DNA from: a virus
Reading direction: 5' to 3' (one strand)
DNA: 64,000 nt
Virus record (IMG/VR): IMGVR_UViG_3300044638_004201
Coordinates: 9,790 to 73,789 of that record
Notes under the pieces: model-generated
What the model saw: only the letters and a program-made list of their open reading frames with translations
What the model was told of the DNA's origin: nothing
The model's database searches: none
Program-made: the position numbers and the translations under genes
Shown: positions 1 through 9,948 of the stretch, piece by piece
Numbering within the stretch: the stretch's first letter is position 1
Layout: every line of letters starts with the position of its first letter

Positions 1-342
1 GTGCCTCACGGGCTCGGCTTGGGTCTAAAGCAATACGAACACATTGGCGAGTTCAACGGCACGCTCGCAGATGCCATGTACATTTTAATGATGACCAGTC
101 CAGCCAGAGGCGGTGGAGACTTCCCATCTACAAACATCTCTAGCCGTTGGGCTGGCGACAGAGTTCTAGTTCTTGGAGACTACACGGAAGATTCCGATGT
201 GCCGTCTATCCCTAATGTCGGCTCGCTCTATGCGGAGTCTGAGTCCTACACGGACATAACGGATTTGGTTGCCGAAGCCTTTGAGCAAGTGTTCCGATTA
301 AAGTTTTCAGGCGAGGGTTGGAAGAAACGGGTTTCTGTGTAA
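1..342 (+). CDS. Hypothetical phage protein, 5'-truncated by window edge
   Basis: Open frame from base 1; GRWAGDR-like motif (SRWAGDRVLVLGDY) seen in phage/plasmid hypotheticals. Confidence 0.6.
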   Translation: MPHGLGLGLKQYEHIGEFNGTLADAMYILMMTSPARGGGDFPSTNISSRWAGDRVLVLGDYTEDSDVPSIPNVGSLYAESESYTDITDLVAEAFEQVFRLKFSGEGWKKRVSV

Positions 343-358
343 TACTCTCTATACAAAC

Positions 359-408
359 GGCGAGCGCTTTAAGTTCCGTGCAGTGATACGGGCAAGCGCT
401 CGCTTTTG
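359..408 (+). terminator. Hairpin + T-tract after first ORF
   Basis: GGCGAGCGCTT ... AAGCGCTCGCT followed by TTT. Confidence 0.55.
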
Positions 409-583
409 TATTTAACGGCAAGCCCACATCGTGAAACAGAACCCGCTGTCAATCTAAATAAGTTGTTCCGATGTGCACCAGAAGATCCGTGCATTTTTAC
501 TTTTTGCTCAGATCCGGCGTTCGGGCTTGCTGCACTACAAACAACTTCTTGATGTCCGCCCGATAAGTTGCTACTTCCTACGC

Positions 584-612
584 TTGACAAAAAGAACGGC
601 GTGCTCTATGAT
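584..612 (+). promoter_or_regulatory. SigA-like promoter, probably giving a leaderless mRNA
   Basis: TTGACA(584-589)-17 nt-TATGAT(607-612); ATG at 619. Confidence 0.75.
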
Positions 613-618
613 ACGGGT

Positions 619-768
619 ATGAAAAAGAGAAACCCACTTGACGGCTTGCTTCGCTTGCGAGGTCGCTTCGTGCTGAACCAAAAAGCACAGGTGTTTGCGG
701 ATAAGCGGTCTAAGAGAAACAAAAGTCGTGCCGAACAAAAACGGCGTGCCCTAAACGAACAGGAGTAA
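619..768 (+). CDS. Small basic hypothetical protein
   Basis: ATG 7 nt after the -10 box, in frame with track ORF 568..768. Confidence 0.55.
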   Translation: MKKRNPLDGLLRLRGRFVLNQKAQVFADKRSKRNKSRAEQKRRALNEQE

Positions 769-775
769 AAAGTAA

Positions 776-1021
776 ATGACGAAAGACACAACGGAACAAC
801 GCTGGAATCAGGGATACTACTCAGCACTCAACGGGGCGAAGATTATCAACTTCGTAGGAACAGATGAGGACGAGTTTGGTGGAACTGGCTTTCCTAAGTT
901 CTTGGCACAACTTTCTAATGGCGAAATTGTAGAACTTGTTTTATCCCAAGACCCTGAAGGTAATGGTGGTGGATTTATGTTTGGACTTCCTGATTTTACT
1001 TTACCTGAGTTTCGCAAATAA
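776..1021 (+). CDS. Hypothetical protein (SQDPEGNGGG motif)
   Basis: ORF track; AGGAG RBS upstream. Confidence 0.65.
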   Translation: MTKDTTEQRWNQGYYSALNGAKIINFVGTDEDEFGGTGFPKFLAQLSNGEIVELVLSQDPEGNGGGFMFGLPDFTLPEFRK

Positions 1022-1079
1022 ACTTGACAAAGGAATAAAAAAGAGTAGTATGTAGTTGTCTTCATAGAAAGGGGAACAA

Positions 1080-1754
1080 ATGCCAAACTGGGTATTTAAT
1101 CATCTGACCATAGAAGGTTCAGAGGAAGACATAGCAAAAGTAAAGGCTCAACTCAATAAACCATTTACAAAACAATTCAGCGAGGAAAAAGACCCAGCAG
1201 TTTATTCCAATCCTGTAATTGCGTTTTGGAACATTGTTGCGCCACCTGAGGACAAACTAGAAGAATACTTTGGTGTTCATGGATACGCTGATGGTGGAAA
1301 GCAAGGCGATACTGAATACAACTGGTATAACTTCAATAACACTAAGTGGGGAACTAAGTGGGACATTGGCGTTGTTGATGGAGAAGGTTATTCAGAAACT
1401 TCTTTAGAAGATGATGAACCAACTCATTTACGCTATCGCTTTGATACTGCGTGGTCTCCACCAACTCCAGCAATTCAAGAACTATCAAGTCAATACCCTG
1501 AACTGACAATAACTCTTTCTTACGAAGAAGAGGGAGAGTGGGGTGGCGAGATTGAGTATCTTGCTGGCGAAGAAGTGAGTGTTGATGAATACGACTCTCC
1601 AGACTCTCATAAAGATTATGTGGATAGAGATAGAGAAGATAGTTGTGTCTGCTCTCGTGAAGAAGATAAAAGCGAGTGGTATGACGATTGCCCCGGTGCT
1701 AAAGGAAAAACAATAACTCTAAAAGCAGTAAAAGAAATGGAGATAGTCAAATGA
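1080..1754 (+). CDS. YubB/Api92-like ferredoxin-fold (DUF1281-like) protein
   Basis: MPNW start, WYNFNNTKWGTKWD and FDTAWSPP signature motifs; TTGACA promoter at 1024 and GAAAGGGG RBS. Confidence 0.75.
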   Translation: MPNWVFNHLTIEGSEEDIAKVKAQLNKPFTKQFSEEKDPAVYSNPVIAFWNIVAPPEDKLEEYFGVHGYADGGKQGDTEYNWYNFNNTKWGTKWDIGVVDGEGYSETSLEDDEPTHLRYRFDTAWSPPTPAIQELSSQYPELTITLSYEEEGEWGGEIEYLAGEEVSVDEYDSPDSHKDYVDRDREDSCVCSREEDKSEWYDDCPGAKGKTITLKAVKEMEIVK

Positions 1755-1891
1755 GTAATGATGTGGCTTGGCAATCAACTCTCACAGAAGAAATGATTGC
1801 CCACCTGAGCGAACAAGAAATAAGTTTGCTTATCAACTCCCTCAATGAGTCAGTAGAAGAAATCTGCAACATCTACGAAGTCAAGGGATAA
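1751..1891 (+). CDS. Small acidic hypothetical protein (46 aa)
   Basis: ATGA overlap with upstream stop; read manually. Confidence 0.5.
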   Translation: MSNDVAWQSTLTEEMIAHLSEQEISLLINSLNESVEEICNIYEVKG

Positions 1892-1900
1892 AAAGTAAAA

Positions 1901-2101
1901 ATGGGAAAACTTATTTCAATAGAACCAACCACAGACAACTCAACTACCTACTTTGCTCTGGACGGAAATTATGGCGAAGCGCAAGGCATGGTTGTCATTG
2001 ACACGACCAAATGGTCTGAGGACGATTGGACTCAGATTGACGAAGCAGGAGACTCAGACAGGGCGCAGGTTGCTCTTGATTTGACAAACAAATACGCTTA
2101 G
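1901..2101 (+). CDS. Hypothetical protein
   Basis: ORF track; AAGGG RBS. Confidence 0.6.
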   Translation: MGKLISIEPTTDNSTTYFALDGNYGEAQGMVVIDTTKWSEDDWTQIDEAGDSDRAQVALDLTNKYA

Positions 2102-2141
2102 TGTATTGTAATTCTTACACCTACTAGAAAGGGGAAACCAA

Positions 2142-2501
2142 GTGGGAGACAGATTCGTAGTTGGATTTCAGGATAAGCCTGAAAACCCAATCCTCTATCT
2201 TTACTCACATTGGGGTGGCGAAGCACAAGAAAAAATCTTGGCTGAGGCACTCAACAAATCACAAGGTCGCTGGAACGATTCAGATTATGGAACTCGCATA
2301 GTCGTATCACAAATCATTGGCGATAGTTGGAAAGACAATCTAGGATTCGGTCTTTCTGTCAATAACTTCGCTATGCCTGACTACGACACAATTCAAGTCG
2401 TAGAGTGGCACTCTCAATCAGTATCCACACGCCAAGCCTCTGCGCCTAGCGTAGAACTAGAAAACACACCCTTTGAGCATTACTGCCTAGAAAGGGTATA
2501 A
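2142..2501 (+). CDS. Hypothetical protein (MGDR...YLYSHWGG family)
   Basis: GAAAGGGG RBS, own TTGACA promoter at 2081; YxHW motif common in phage early proteins. Confidence 0.65.
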   Translation: MGDRFVVGFQDKPENPILYLYSHWGGEAQEKILAEALNKSQGRWNDSDYGTRIVVSQIIGDSWKDNLGFGLSVNNFAMPDYDTIQVVEWHSQSVSTRQASAPSVELENTPFEHYCLERV

Positions 2502-2601
2502 GACACGCCATAAGTGGGGGGCAACCCAAACTTGACAAAAGCCCCCCACCTATGGAATACTTCGTAATAGCAAGACCAACACTAGACAAGGAGAAATACA
2601 A

Positions 2602-3057
2602 ATGTTGGACAAAGAAAAGAAGGTTCAAGGTATAGCAATCTATGCCGAGTTCCGTAAGCCCGGTGAGACTATGCAAATAGTTATCACACCTGACGCCTAC
2701 ACGACTTCAGGAAGTCTTATTCCTATGACTATGGTTCGTAGAATTGTAACTAAAATTACGCCAAAGAAACAATGGAAAATTACTTCTTTCAGAGATAACC
2801 TCAGCGAAATGGTTTCTAAAGGTGAATTGGTCGCAGATAGCGACAAGGAAACTTTCACAGAGACTCGTATGCGCTACGCAACTTCCTACTTTGACTTAGT
2901 AATAAATCAAGGTTGGGAACTAGAAAAAAAGCCAATCTTGCTAGAGACTTCTCGCCACGACGCAGATGATTTAGCAAAAGGCAAAACACCTAATAAATTA
3001 CTTTACAGGGCGCACATCTCTAGGAAAGCACTTGGCTTCCCTGAGTTGTCAGCGTAA
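2602..3057 (+). CDS. Hypothetical protein
   Basis: ORF track; AAGGAG RBS; promoter TTGACA at 2532. Confidence 0.65.
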   Translation: MLDKEKKVQGIAIYAEFRKPGETMQIVITPDAYTTSGSLIPMTMVRRIVTKITPKKQWKITSFRDNLSEMVSKGELVADSDKETFTETRMRYATSYFDLVINQGWELEKKPILLETSRHDADDLAKGKTPNKLLYRAHISRKALGFPELSA

Positions 3058-3074
3058 GAAAAGGGGAAAATAAA

Positions 3075-4130
3075 ATGGAAACTATGAAAGAGCGTTATGC
3101 TTCACTTAGTCCAAATCTCACACCTACATTGTGGGAAATGATTATTGAAGTTGCCACACAGGGAGTAAATGAAAATGCTTCACTTACACTCAACGCAAGC
3201 GTTGCCCCACAGGGTCGCTATGTTGAAAGAGCGATTGGTTCAGAGCGTGCGCCAAGAAACTCCAAACTGAAAATGGAACTTCCAAATGTTGAAGGACTTA
3301 TTGGTGCGGAAACTTACCTGCGTCCAAATGGTTCTGCCTACCACGCTCGTATGTGGGGAGAACACAAAGATGTGGAAGCCCTACGCAAAGCACGAGAAGC
3401 AACAACTCAATCTGTTCTTACAGGTGTTGGTTCTCCAATGTTCCCACTTCTTTATGGTGCGCCGGGGTGCGGAAAAACTGCGCTAGTTGAAGCGTCTTAT
3501 GGAAATGAAGTTATTACTCTTATGGGTAATGGCGACATTGAAGCCTCTGACCTAATTGGTTCTTATGTCCAAACTCCAAGTGGAAACTTTGAGTGGATTG
3601 ACGGCGGACTAATTCGGGCTATGGAAAATGGTTGGGTTTATTTCATTGACGAAATTGGTCTGATTGACCCAAAGGTTCTCGCACTTGTTTATGGTGCTAT
3701 GGACGGACGCCGAGAAATTGTTATCACTACAAACCCTGAGAGAGGTGTTGTCAAGGCACACGAAAACTTCTTCGTAGTTGCAGCGACAAATCCAAATGCT
3801 CCCGGAGTTCGTCTAAGTGAAGCGTTAGTATCTCGCTTTACTGTTCAGGCAGAAATGACAACTGATTGGGCACTTGCTCGTAAGTTAGGTGTGCCAACAC
3901 TTTTGGTAACTTCTGCTCAAAATCTTTATCGCAAACAACTTGCTAGAGAAGGTGTTTCTTGGTCTCCACAAATGCGAGAACTTCTTGCGTTTAGAGACAT
4001 AGCAATAACTTTCGGAACTTCGTTTGCGCTTTCCAACCTGATTGCTTCTGCCCCTGAAAACGATAGGGCAGTTGTCGCAGATGTTTTGTCTCGTGCCTTC
4101 GGGGAAGAGATGAAACCAGCCAAAATCTAA
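3075..4130 (+). CDS. MoxR/CbbQ/CobS-like AAA+ ATPase (AAA_5)
   Basis: Walker A GAPGCGKT, Walker B YFIDE, sensor ATNP, LSEALVSRF arginine finger. Confidence 0.9.
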   Translation: METMKERYASLSPNLTPTLWEMIIEVATQGVNENASLTLNASVAPQGRYVERAIGSERAPRNSKLKMELPNVEGLIGAETYLRPNGSAYHARMWGEHKDVEALRKAREATTQSVLTGVGSPMFPLLYGAPGCGKTALVEASYGNEVITLMGNGDIEASDLIGSYVQTPSGNFEWIDGGLIRAMENGWVYFIDEIGLIDPKVLALVYGAMDGRREIVITTNPERGVVKAHENFFVVAATNPNAPGVRLSEALVSRFTVQAEMTTDWALARKLGVPTLLVTSAQNLYRKQLAREGVSWSPQMRELLAFRDIAITFGTSFALSNLIASAPENDRAVVADVLSRAFGEEMKPAKI

Positions 4131-4213
4131 GTATCCCTGTCCTTAGGTTTTGGTTCGGGGAGTTGGGGATTGAGCGTGGTTCATTGGGTGTCCTTCGCTC
4201 TCCCCAACACCCC
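4118..4213 (+). ncRNA. Candidate two-hairpin RNA with C/U-rich loops
   Basis: 14-bp stem AGCCAAAATCTAAG/CTTAGGTTTTGGTT with loop TATCCCTGTC; second stem GGGGAGTTGGGGA-TT-GAGCG/CGCTC-TCCCCAAC-ACCCC with loop ending GTGTCCTT. Confidence 0.5.
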
Positions 4214-4294
4214 ACCTTTAGATTTGACAAGGAAAAGCAAAAAGTGTAGTATCTAATTGTTAGGTCGGAAGCCTGACAGAAAAGGGGAAATAAA

Positions 4295-6073
4295 ATGGCT
4301 CATCTAAAAATGGGTGAAACCAAAGCACAGGCTACTCCTGTTGAGTGGCTCAAAGTTGGTAGAGACATTGGCTACATGGCTAACAAGTGGTCTCTACGAG
4401 ATGATTTAGTTGCGTATGTTGGTCCGGGTGCTGGTGGTCCGGCACCTGCGTGCTACTCACCTACACAAGCAGAAGTTGAAGTAAATGTTGATGTTGCGTT
4501 TGCTAAAGGTATTACACCTGAGGAAATTGGCGACATAACACTTCGCAAAACACAATACGAGTTTCCTAAGGCGACAGGTGCGATTATGCACGAAGCCTTC
4601 CACGCTCGCTTCTCACAATGGTCTATGCCTAAGGCGTATGAGGAATTAGAGAAGGACGAATACAACGCACTTATTCTTTTAGAGGAAAGTCGCATTGAGT
4701 ATCAAGGTGTCAAGTCTCTATCTATCGCTCGTCCTTTCCTTCGTGCTTGCGCTATGGAAATTGTTATTGGCGATACAAAAGAAGGTATGGAAAACGAAAC
4801 ACAAACACAATCGCTAACTAATTTAGTTGGTCTTGTCTTTGCTCGCATTGACGCAGGTATCTTAGATGAACACGAAGTCTTTGCGATTACAGAAATGATT
4901 ACAGACCAACTTGGTGTAGATGTTGTTGAGCAACTACGAACAATCGCTCGTTCAGCACAAATGCACGACAACCACAAAGACGCCACAGAACTTTATCCAC
5001 TAGCAAAAGAGTGGGCACGAATTGTTCGTGAAACTGCTAAAGAGCGTGGAGATGAACAAAAGCCTGAAGGTAACAAAGGTATTCCTTCTGAAATCATGGA
5101 AGCAATCATGGAAGCGTTGTCTGAGGCTTCAGATGAAGTAATGGCAAACAACTTCTCCGACTTGGGCGACCAAGAGCAGGGTGAGGACATGAGAGAGGAA
5201 GTCAAGGCAAAAGCCTCTGACGCACAAGAGCAAAACGAAAATCGTGAAATTGCTAATCAAGTGTTCTCTAAATCTTCAGGGCCGGGGCAATCAAAAACCA
5301 ATAGCAAGTTGATTGAACAACGCCAACCAACAAGTGAAGAACTATCTGCCTCTGTTCGTATTGGACAATGGTTAGAGAAAGCAAAGTATCGTGAGCGAGA
5401 TGAACTACAAATCGCAAGCGTGCTTCCACCCGGACGCCTTCGCACTAGAGCAATCGTCCAAAATGCAGCCTTGAAATCTCGTGGAGTAAATCAGCGAGTA
5501 GAGCCTTTCCGTAGAACTGTTCGCAAACACACAGACGACCCAACACTCAATGTTGGAATTATGGTCGACATTTCAGGTTCAATGGGAAGTGCTATGAACC
5601 CTATGGCTACAACTGCGTGGGTAATGGCTAACGCAGTAAATCGTATTCAAGGAAACTGCGCTATGGTCTATTACGGAAATGATGTGTTCCCAACTCTAAA
5701 GGTTGGACAAAAACTTTCTGAAGTAAATGTTTATTCTGCTTCGGACGGAACTGAGAAGTTTAGTAAAGCGTTCTCAGCATTGGAAGGCGCACTTAACTTA
5801 CTTCACGGAAATGGCGCAAAGTTGTTGGTAATTGTTTCGGACGGAGAATACACTTCAGATGAAACAAGAAATGCCAAAGAGATTGTTGCCAAATGTAAAG
5901 AGGCAGGTGTCGCAATTTTATGGCTACCTTTTGATAATGGCAGAAGTGCGAAAGCGATTGGTGGAGATTATGCCGAAGTTGTTTTGGACATAAGCCGACC
6001 TGCGGAAGCCTCTGAAATTATTGGTCGTTCAGCAGAAAAAGTAATGACGAGAATTGGGCAACGAGTGGCGTAA
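4295..6073 (+). CDS. CobT-like VWA-domain protein with N-terminal HEXXH metallopeptidase-like domain
   Basis: HEAFH + downstream LEESRIE; MIDAS DISGS, ...GT..., VSDGE; adjacent to MoxR ATPase. Confidence 0.85.
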   Translation: MAHLKMGETKAQATPVEWLKVGRDIGYMANKWSLRDDLVAYVGPGAGGPAPACYSPTQAEVEVNVDVAFAKGITPEEIGDITLRKTQYEFPKATGAIMHEAFHARFSQWSMPKAYEELEKDEYNALILLEESRIEYQGVKSLSIARPFLRACAMEIVIGDTKEGMENETQTQSLTNLVGLVFARIDAGILDEHEVFAITEMITDQLGVDVVEQLRTIARSAQMHDNHKDATELYPLAKEWARIVRETAKERGDEQKPEGNKGIPSEIMEAIMEALSEASDEVMANNFSDLGDQEQGEDMREEVKAKASDAQEQNENREIANQVFSKSSGPGQSKTNSKLIEQRQPTSEELSASVRIGQWLEKAKYRERDELQIASVLPPGRLRTRAIVQNAALKSRGVNQRVEPFRRTVRKHTDDPTLNVGIMVDISGSMGSAMNPMATTAWVMANAVNRIQGNCAMVYYGNDVFPTLKVGQKLSEVNVYSASDGTEKFSKAFSALEGALNLLHGNGAKLLVIVSDGEYTSDETRNAKEIVAKCKEAGVAILWLPFDNGRSAKAIGGDYAEVVLDISRPAEASEIIGRSAEKVMTRIGQRVA

Positions 6074-6094
6074 GTCGTTCTTGCTCAAAAAGAA

Positions 6095-6194
6095 CTCTCG
6101 GTTCGGGTGCGTCCTTCCAACGCATTTCCCACCAAGAACCGAACCGAGAGCCTATGTAGGTGAAGCCCCACCCCCTTTTCGGGGCTTCACTTAC
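6095..6194 (+). ncRNA. Candidate two-hairpin RNA with anti-SD-like loops
   Basis: CTCTCGGTTCGG/CCGAACCGAGAG stem enclosing CCTTCCA and TTCCCACC; GTAGGTGAAGCCCC/GGGGCTTCACTTAC stem with loop ACCCCCTTTTC. Confidence 0.55.
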
Positions 6195-6225
6195 TCAACC
6201 AAAAAGTAAAAAGGGGAGAGACAAA

Positions 6226-6639
6226 ATGACATACGAAATTAAATACAACGCTATTGACCCTGACCCAGCGCAACAAGACGCAATCTTTTATACGGGCATG
6301 GGTTTAATTGCTACTGTGATTTGGGAAGGTTTCCATGTTGATGTTTATTGCGACGGAGAAACGAGAGTAAATCTTTTAGACGCACCACAAGGGCAAGTTG
6401 TTTCTAGTCTCTACAATCCTTCAGATTTTATTGAAGCAGGGCTGGATACAGATGACGCCTTGCGAGTGGCTAACGACCAAGAACTTCTTGATTGGGTAAA
6501 TAACTCTTGGTTTGATTTGTATTGCGAAGGCGAACACCTTGATGCGGTATCTCACGAACTCAATGAAGCCCTAGCCATAGCGACTAACTATGTGAAGCAA
6601 GAGTGGCAAAACTCTGAAGAACTTGACAAAGCGTTCTAA
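6226..6639 (+). CDS. Hypothetical protein
   Basis: Start moved to ATG 6226 behind AAGGGGAG RBS. Confidence 0.65.
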   Translation: MTYEIKYNAIDPDPAQQDAIFYTGMGLIATVIWEGFHVDVYCDGETRVNLLDAPQGQVVSSLYNPSDFIEAGLDTDDALRVANDQELLDWVNNSWFDLYCEGEHLDAVSHELNEALAIATNYVKQEWQNSEELDKAF

Positions 6640-6682
6640 ATATGATTTACTAAGCAAAGACTAGGAAAGGGGAAAAAGTAAA

Positions 6683-7216
6683 ATGCACACTTGTCATTTA
6701 CTGCTCATTGAAGCAGAGGACGCAGAAGAAGCAAAGGCAAAGGTTCAATCAGCGATTGAGCCTGAGGAAGGAAACTATCCGACTTGGTCTGATTGGCACG
6801 GCGGATTTGATGAAGGACTTGCTGGACGCTGGTCAGGTTTGTTTGAGGGCTGGGAAGAAAACAGAGATGTTCTTCAATACACCGAGAACAAGGTTCTTGC
6901 TGACGACATCATCAAACAATTTGTTGGTTATCGTTTAGAAGAAATGAAAAGCCTTCTAAGTCAGATTGAAACTGCTGGGGACTTTGATTTCAATACTTAT
7001 GTAAAAGCCTACGACCCATACAAGCAAGAGTTCAATGACGCAGGTATGAACCTTTGGCGGGCACAGAGCCTTGTAAAGATACTCAATAACGATTGGTGTC
7101 CTTACACATACATTTACGACATACAAGACTATACGGCGAACCTAGAGTATTTCAAGGCACGGCTGGAAACCGCACCTGAAAAACAATTCATTGTTCCTGT
7201 TGATTTTCACTACTAA
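6683..7216 (+). CDS. Hypothetical protein (WSDW..GRWSG ... VDFHY family)
   Basis: ORF track; GAAAGGGG RBS; promoter TTGACA 6623. Confidence 0.7.
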   Translation: MHTCHLLLIEAEDAEEAKAKVQSAIEPEEGNYPTWSDWHGGFDEGLAGRWSGLFEGWEENRDVLQYTENKVLADDIIKQFVGYRLEEMKSLLSQIETAGDFDFNTYVKAYDPYKQEFNDAGMNLWRAQSLVKILNNDWCPYTYIYDIQDYTANLEYFKARLETAPEKQFIVPVDFHY

Positions 7217-7232
7217 TAGAAACGGATAAAAA

Positions 7233-7373
7233 ATGGAAACCTGTAAGCATTGTGGCTGGGAAGTAAAACAAGATTTTGGCGTATGGATTGACGCTTGGGA
7301 ACACCCTGTTTGTTTTTGGGTAGGAGATGAGCCACGCCAACACGAACCAATAAAAAAGTTTGCACACGCATAA
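7233..7373 (+). CDS. Small Cys/His protein (CKHC...C...H)
   Basis: Read manually, 46 aa. Confidence 0.45.
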   Translation: METCKHCGWEVKQDFGVWIDAWEHPVCFWVGDEPRQHEPIKKFAHA

Positions 7374-7393
7374 CGGATAAGGAAAAAGTAAAA

Positions 7394-7642
7394 ATGAAAG
7401 TAAAAAATCTGATTGAACAATTACAGGCATACACACCTGATACTGAACTGATTGTTGCTTACTGGGATAAAGAAACAGTAGAAGGCTACGCCTCTGGCTG
7501 GGGCGAACAAGATAGGTTCGTGCTTACGGACGACCAATGGCTTGATGTTGTTGATAAGTATGATGACGGAGAGTGGCATTGGCAATCCTCTGCTGCACAA
7601 GATTTTACTGACATGGCTAGAGATGTTGTTGCTAGTGAGTAA
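7394..7642 (+). CDS. Hypothetical protein (MKVKNLIEQL family)
   Basis: ORF track; AAGGA RBS. Confidence 0.65.
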   Translation: MKVKNLIEQLQAYTPDTELIVAYWDKETVEGYASGWGEQDRFVLTDDQWLDVVDKYDDGEWHWQSSAAQDFTDMARDVVASE

Positions 7643-7799
7643 GACTTGGAAGGCTACCTTCGTATCCCACTTCGGAACTGAACTAGACGCTGATACCAAA
7701 AGAGAAGCAGAGACTAAAGCCCTTGCTTGGTTGCAGAACGAATACGGACACGACCTTGCTCGTGCCACAGAGTTTGATGTTGAAGTTGTTGAGGAGTAA
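7635..7799 (+). CDS. Small hypothetical protein
   Basis: GTG overlapping upstream stop, in frame with track ORF 7542..7799. Confidence 0.5.
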   Translation: MSKTWKATFVSHFGTELDADTKREAETKALAWLQNEYGHDLARATEFDVEVVEE

Positions 7800-7856
7800 T
7801 CTCTGCAAAGGCAAAAAGTAAAAACTCACCAAAATCGCTAGTCACGAAAGGGAACT

Positions 7857-8012
7857 ATGGACAACTTGGAGATGTATGCAAATGCCATGACTTGGTGGAA
7901 CTCAAAGACCCCTGAGCAGAAACTAAAGATTGTGGGAGTAGAAACTTTGGACAAATGGGTTGAAGGGATAGTCCGAAAGGAGTATCTCGCCCCTGCCGAA
8001 AGTGTGGTCTAA
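7857..8012 (+). CDS. Small hypothetical protein (51 aa)
   Basis: GAAAGGGA RBS; read manually. Confidence 0.5.
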   Translation: MDNLEMYANAMTWWNSKTPEQKLKIVGVETLDKWVEGIVRKEYLAPAESVV

Positions 8013-8018
8013 ATCACA
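8003..8018. promoter_or_regulatory. CRP/GlxR-like box upstream of promoter 8040
   Basis: TGTGG-TCTAAA-TCACA (1 mismatch to TGTGA-N6-TCACA). Confidence 0.55.
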
Positions 8019-8133
8019 TAAGATTTATGCCCTTTTGATTTGACAAGCGTAAGCCTACTCGTGTAAAGTCTGTTTTGTTAGGTCGGATACCTAATGAAGG
8101 ACAAAATGACAAACGAAAGAGGGAATTGGGCTT

Positions 8134-8520
8134 ATGCCTAGAACCGAAATCGCACAAGAGGTAGTAGTCAAAACTACTATCGCAGTAGCAACAAAGGAAG
8201 TAGCACTTGACGCTACAAACGCTGGCGCACTTATCGCAGAACTCAATGCGACAAAAGACGCAATCAAAACTGCTCAGGACAAGGCGAAAGCCCTTCAGGC
8301 AGACATTTATCCTCTACTTGGATACACACTCGTAAATGGTGAGTGGGTTGGCGAAGCAGAGGTTGGCACAATCGCTGGTAATGTTGTTGTGAAGGTCGCA
8401 ACAATCAACGCAACAAAGTTTGAGAAGGATAGACTTCTCAACGACAAGCCTGAACTCGCACCTGTGTTCGAGGCATACACAATCCCAGCCCCTTACAAGG
8501 CTATGAAAACAGGGAAGTAA
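8134..8520 (+). CDS. Hypothetical protein with coiled coil
   Basis: ORF track; own promoter and terminator. Confidence 0.65.
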   Translation: MPRTEIAQEVVVKTTIAVATKEVALDATNAGALIAELNATKDAIKTAQDKAKALQADIYPLLGYTLVNGEWVGEAEVGTIAGNVVVKVATINATKFEKDRLLNDKPELAPVFEAYTIPAPYKAMKTGK

Positions 8521-8530
8521 TTTCCAAAGG

Positions 8531-8562
8531 AAAAGCCCCTCACCTTCGGGTGGGGGGTTTTT
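8531..8562 (+). terminator. Intrinsic terminator
   Basis: GCCCCTCACC-TTCG-GGTGGGGGGT + T-tract. Confidence 0.85.
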
Positions 8563-8665
8563 CTATAAAGATGTTTGGCAAAAAGTAAAAATGGAAGTTA
8601 ATCAAATCTTCGAGGGAAACTACGAACAACTTGCGTAGAAAGGGAAAACCTGATAGGGTGCATTT

Positions 8666-9880
8666 ATGAAACCAACAGACGCACTAGACATACGCGCTAA
8701 CTTCAAGAGTAAGTGTGGCGATGCTCGATGGAAAGAAATAGTAAAACAAAACATTATGATTTCTTCAGGGGCAAAGTTTCTTGCAGGAAACTTGGTCTCT
8801 ATTCACCATAAGGACGAGAACACAACACTAAGAGAAAAAGCAATAGATGTTTATGTTCAGGACATTATTCGTGCTGGTTCTTCAGGAGAGTGCTTCTTCG
8901 TCAAAGATGAAATGACTGACCTTGTTCTCTTTGCTTCAGAGAAGTTAGATGAAACAGATTTATTTGACCCAACCCTTGCGCCGACAGATAAAGGGTTTGC
9001 TTACTTTGAGAAGCCTATCCCACTTACAGATGTTCGAGGTAGAACACTTTTCATAAATGTTATTACTTGGGAAAAACTATTCAACAAAACAACTGGTGAG
9101 TTTCAAGTAACTATGTCTTGCTGGAACGATACTGCAAGAACACCTGATGATGTTGCAGTTGAGATTATGTCTAACCCCGACAAAGACTATCAAGAGTTTG
9201 TAAGACAACTGGGTCGCTTCCAATGGATAAAGAGCCAAACTGTAAAGTCTGGAACTATTGTTGGTGCTAAGCAAATAGAACTAACAGAAGAACAGATGCA
9301 AGAAATTAGAGCAATCACTTTCCAAAATAGCCACGGGTTAGACAAGAGCGTGGAAGATGTTGATGGAACTAAAAAACTAATAGATAAAGTAGTCAAGGAC
9401 AACACACACAGAACAAAAGAAATTGGCGCACAAATACAAAGCAACTTGGGTTGGGATAAACTTACAGATGAGCAATGGGAAGAATACAGAAAAAGAGTAG
9501 TTACAAACCCTACAAACTTGGTGCGGATACTTCACGCTTACTGGCTACTTATGTCGCAGACGATTGTTGAAAAAGCAAAAGAAACTGGCGATAGAACACA
9601 ACGCAGAAGATTAGAACGCGAAAGTTGCCCAACAGAGGTTGTTGTTATTCAATTCCGCAAGCGTAAGTATTACAATGAAAAAGGCGAAGAAACTGAGGAC
9701 AGTAAAAAGATAGATTGGTCGCACAGGTGGTTGGTTGGTGGGCATTGGCGTTGGCAACCATACAAAGACCCTGCGAGTGGTGGGGAAATCAAAAAGCGTA
9801 TTTGGATTAGCCCTTATGTGAAAGGTCCGGAAGATAAACCTCTAGTGATGAAGGAAAGGGTTTATGTTCTCGCTAAATAA
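8666..9880 (+). CDS. Conserved phage hypothetical protein (C-terminal HRWxVxGHWR...WIxPxxKGP motif)
   Basis: ORF track; likely leaderless (TTGCGT 8631-17-TAGGGT 8654, ATG 8666). Confidence 0.7.
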   Translation: MKPTDALDIRANFKSKCGDARWKEIVKQNIMISSGAKFLAGNLVSIHHKDENTTLREKAIDVYVQDIIRAGSSGECFFVKDEMTDLVLFASEKLDETDLFDPTLAPTDKGFAYFEKPIPLTDVRGRTLFINVITWEKLFNKTTGEFQVTMSCWNDTARTPDDVAVEIMSNPDKDYQEFVRQLGRFQWIKSQTVKSGTIVGAKQIELTEEQMQEIRAITFQNSHGLDKSVEDVDGTKKLIDKVVKDNTHRTKEIGAQIQSNLGWDKLTDEQWEEYRKRVVTNPTNLVRILHAYWLLMSQTIVEKAKETGDRTQRRRLERESCPTEVVVIQFRKRKYYNEKGEETEDSKKIDWSHRWLVGGHWRWQPYKDPASGGEIKKRIWISPYVKGPEDKPLVMKERVYVLAK

Positions 9881-9948
9881 TTAAATAGATACTTGACAAA
9901 ACTATCAAAGTATGATTTACTTAGGTATAAGGAAAGGGGGTTAGTCAA

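Noticed and set aside
6160-6225. N-terminal extension of ORF 6160..6639
   Set aside because: It runs through the RNA hairpin; the ATG at 6226 has the standard AAGGGG RBS
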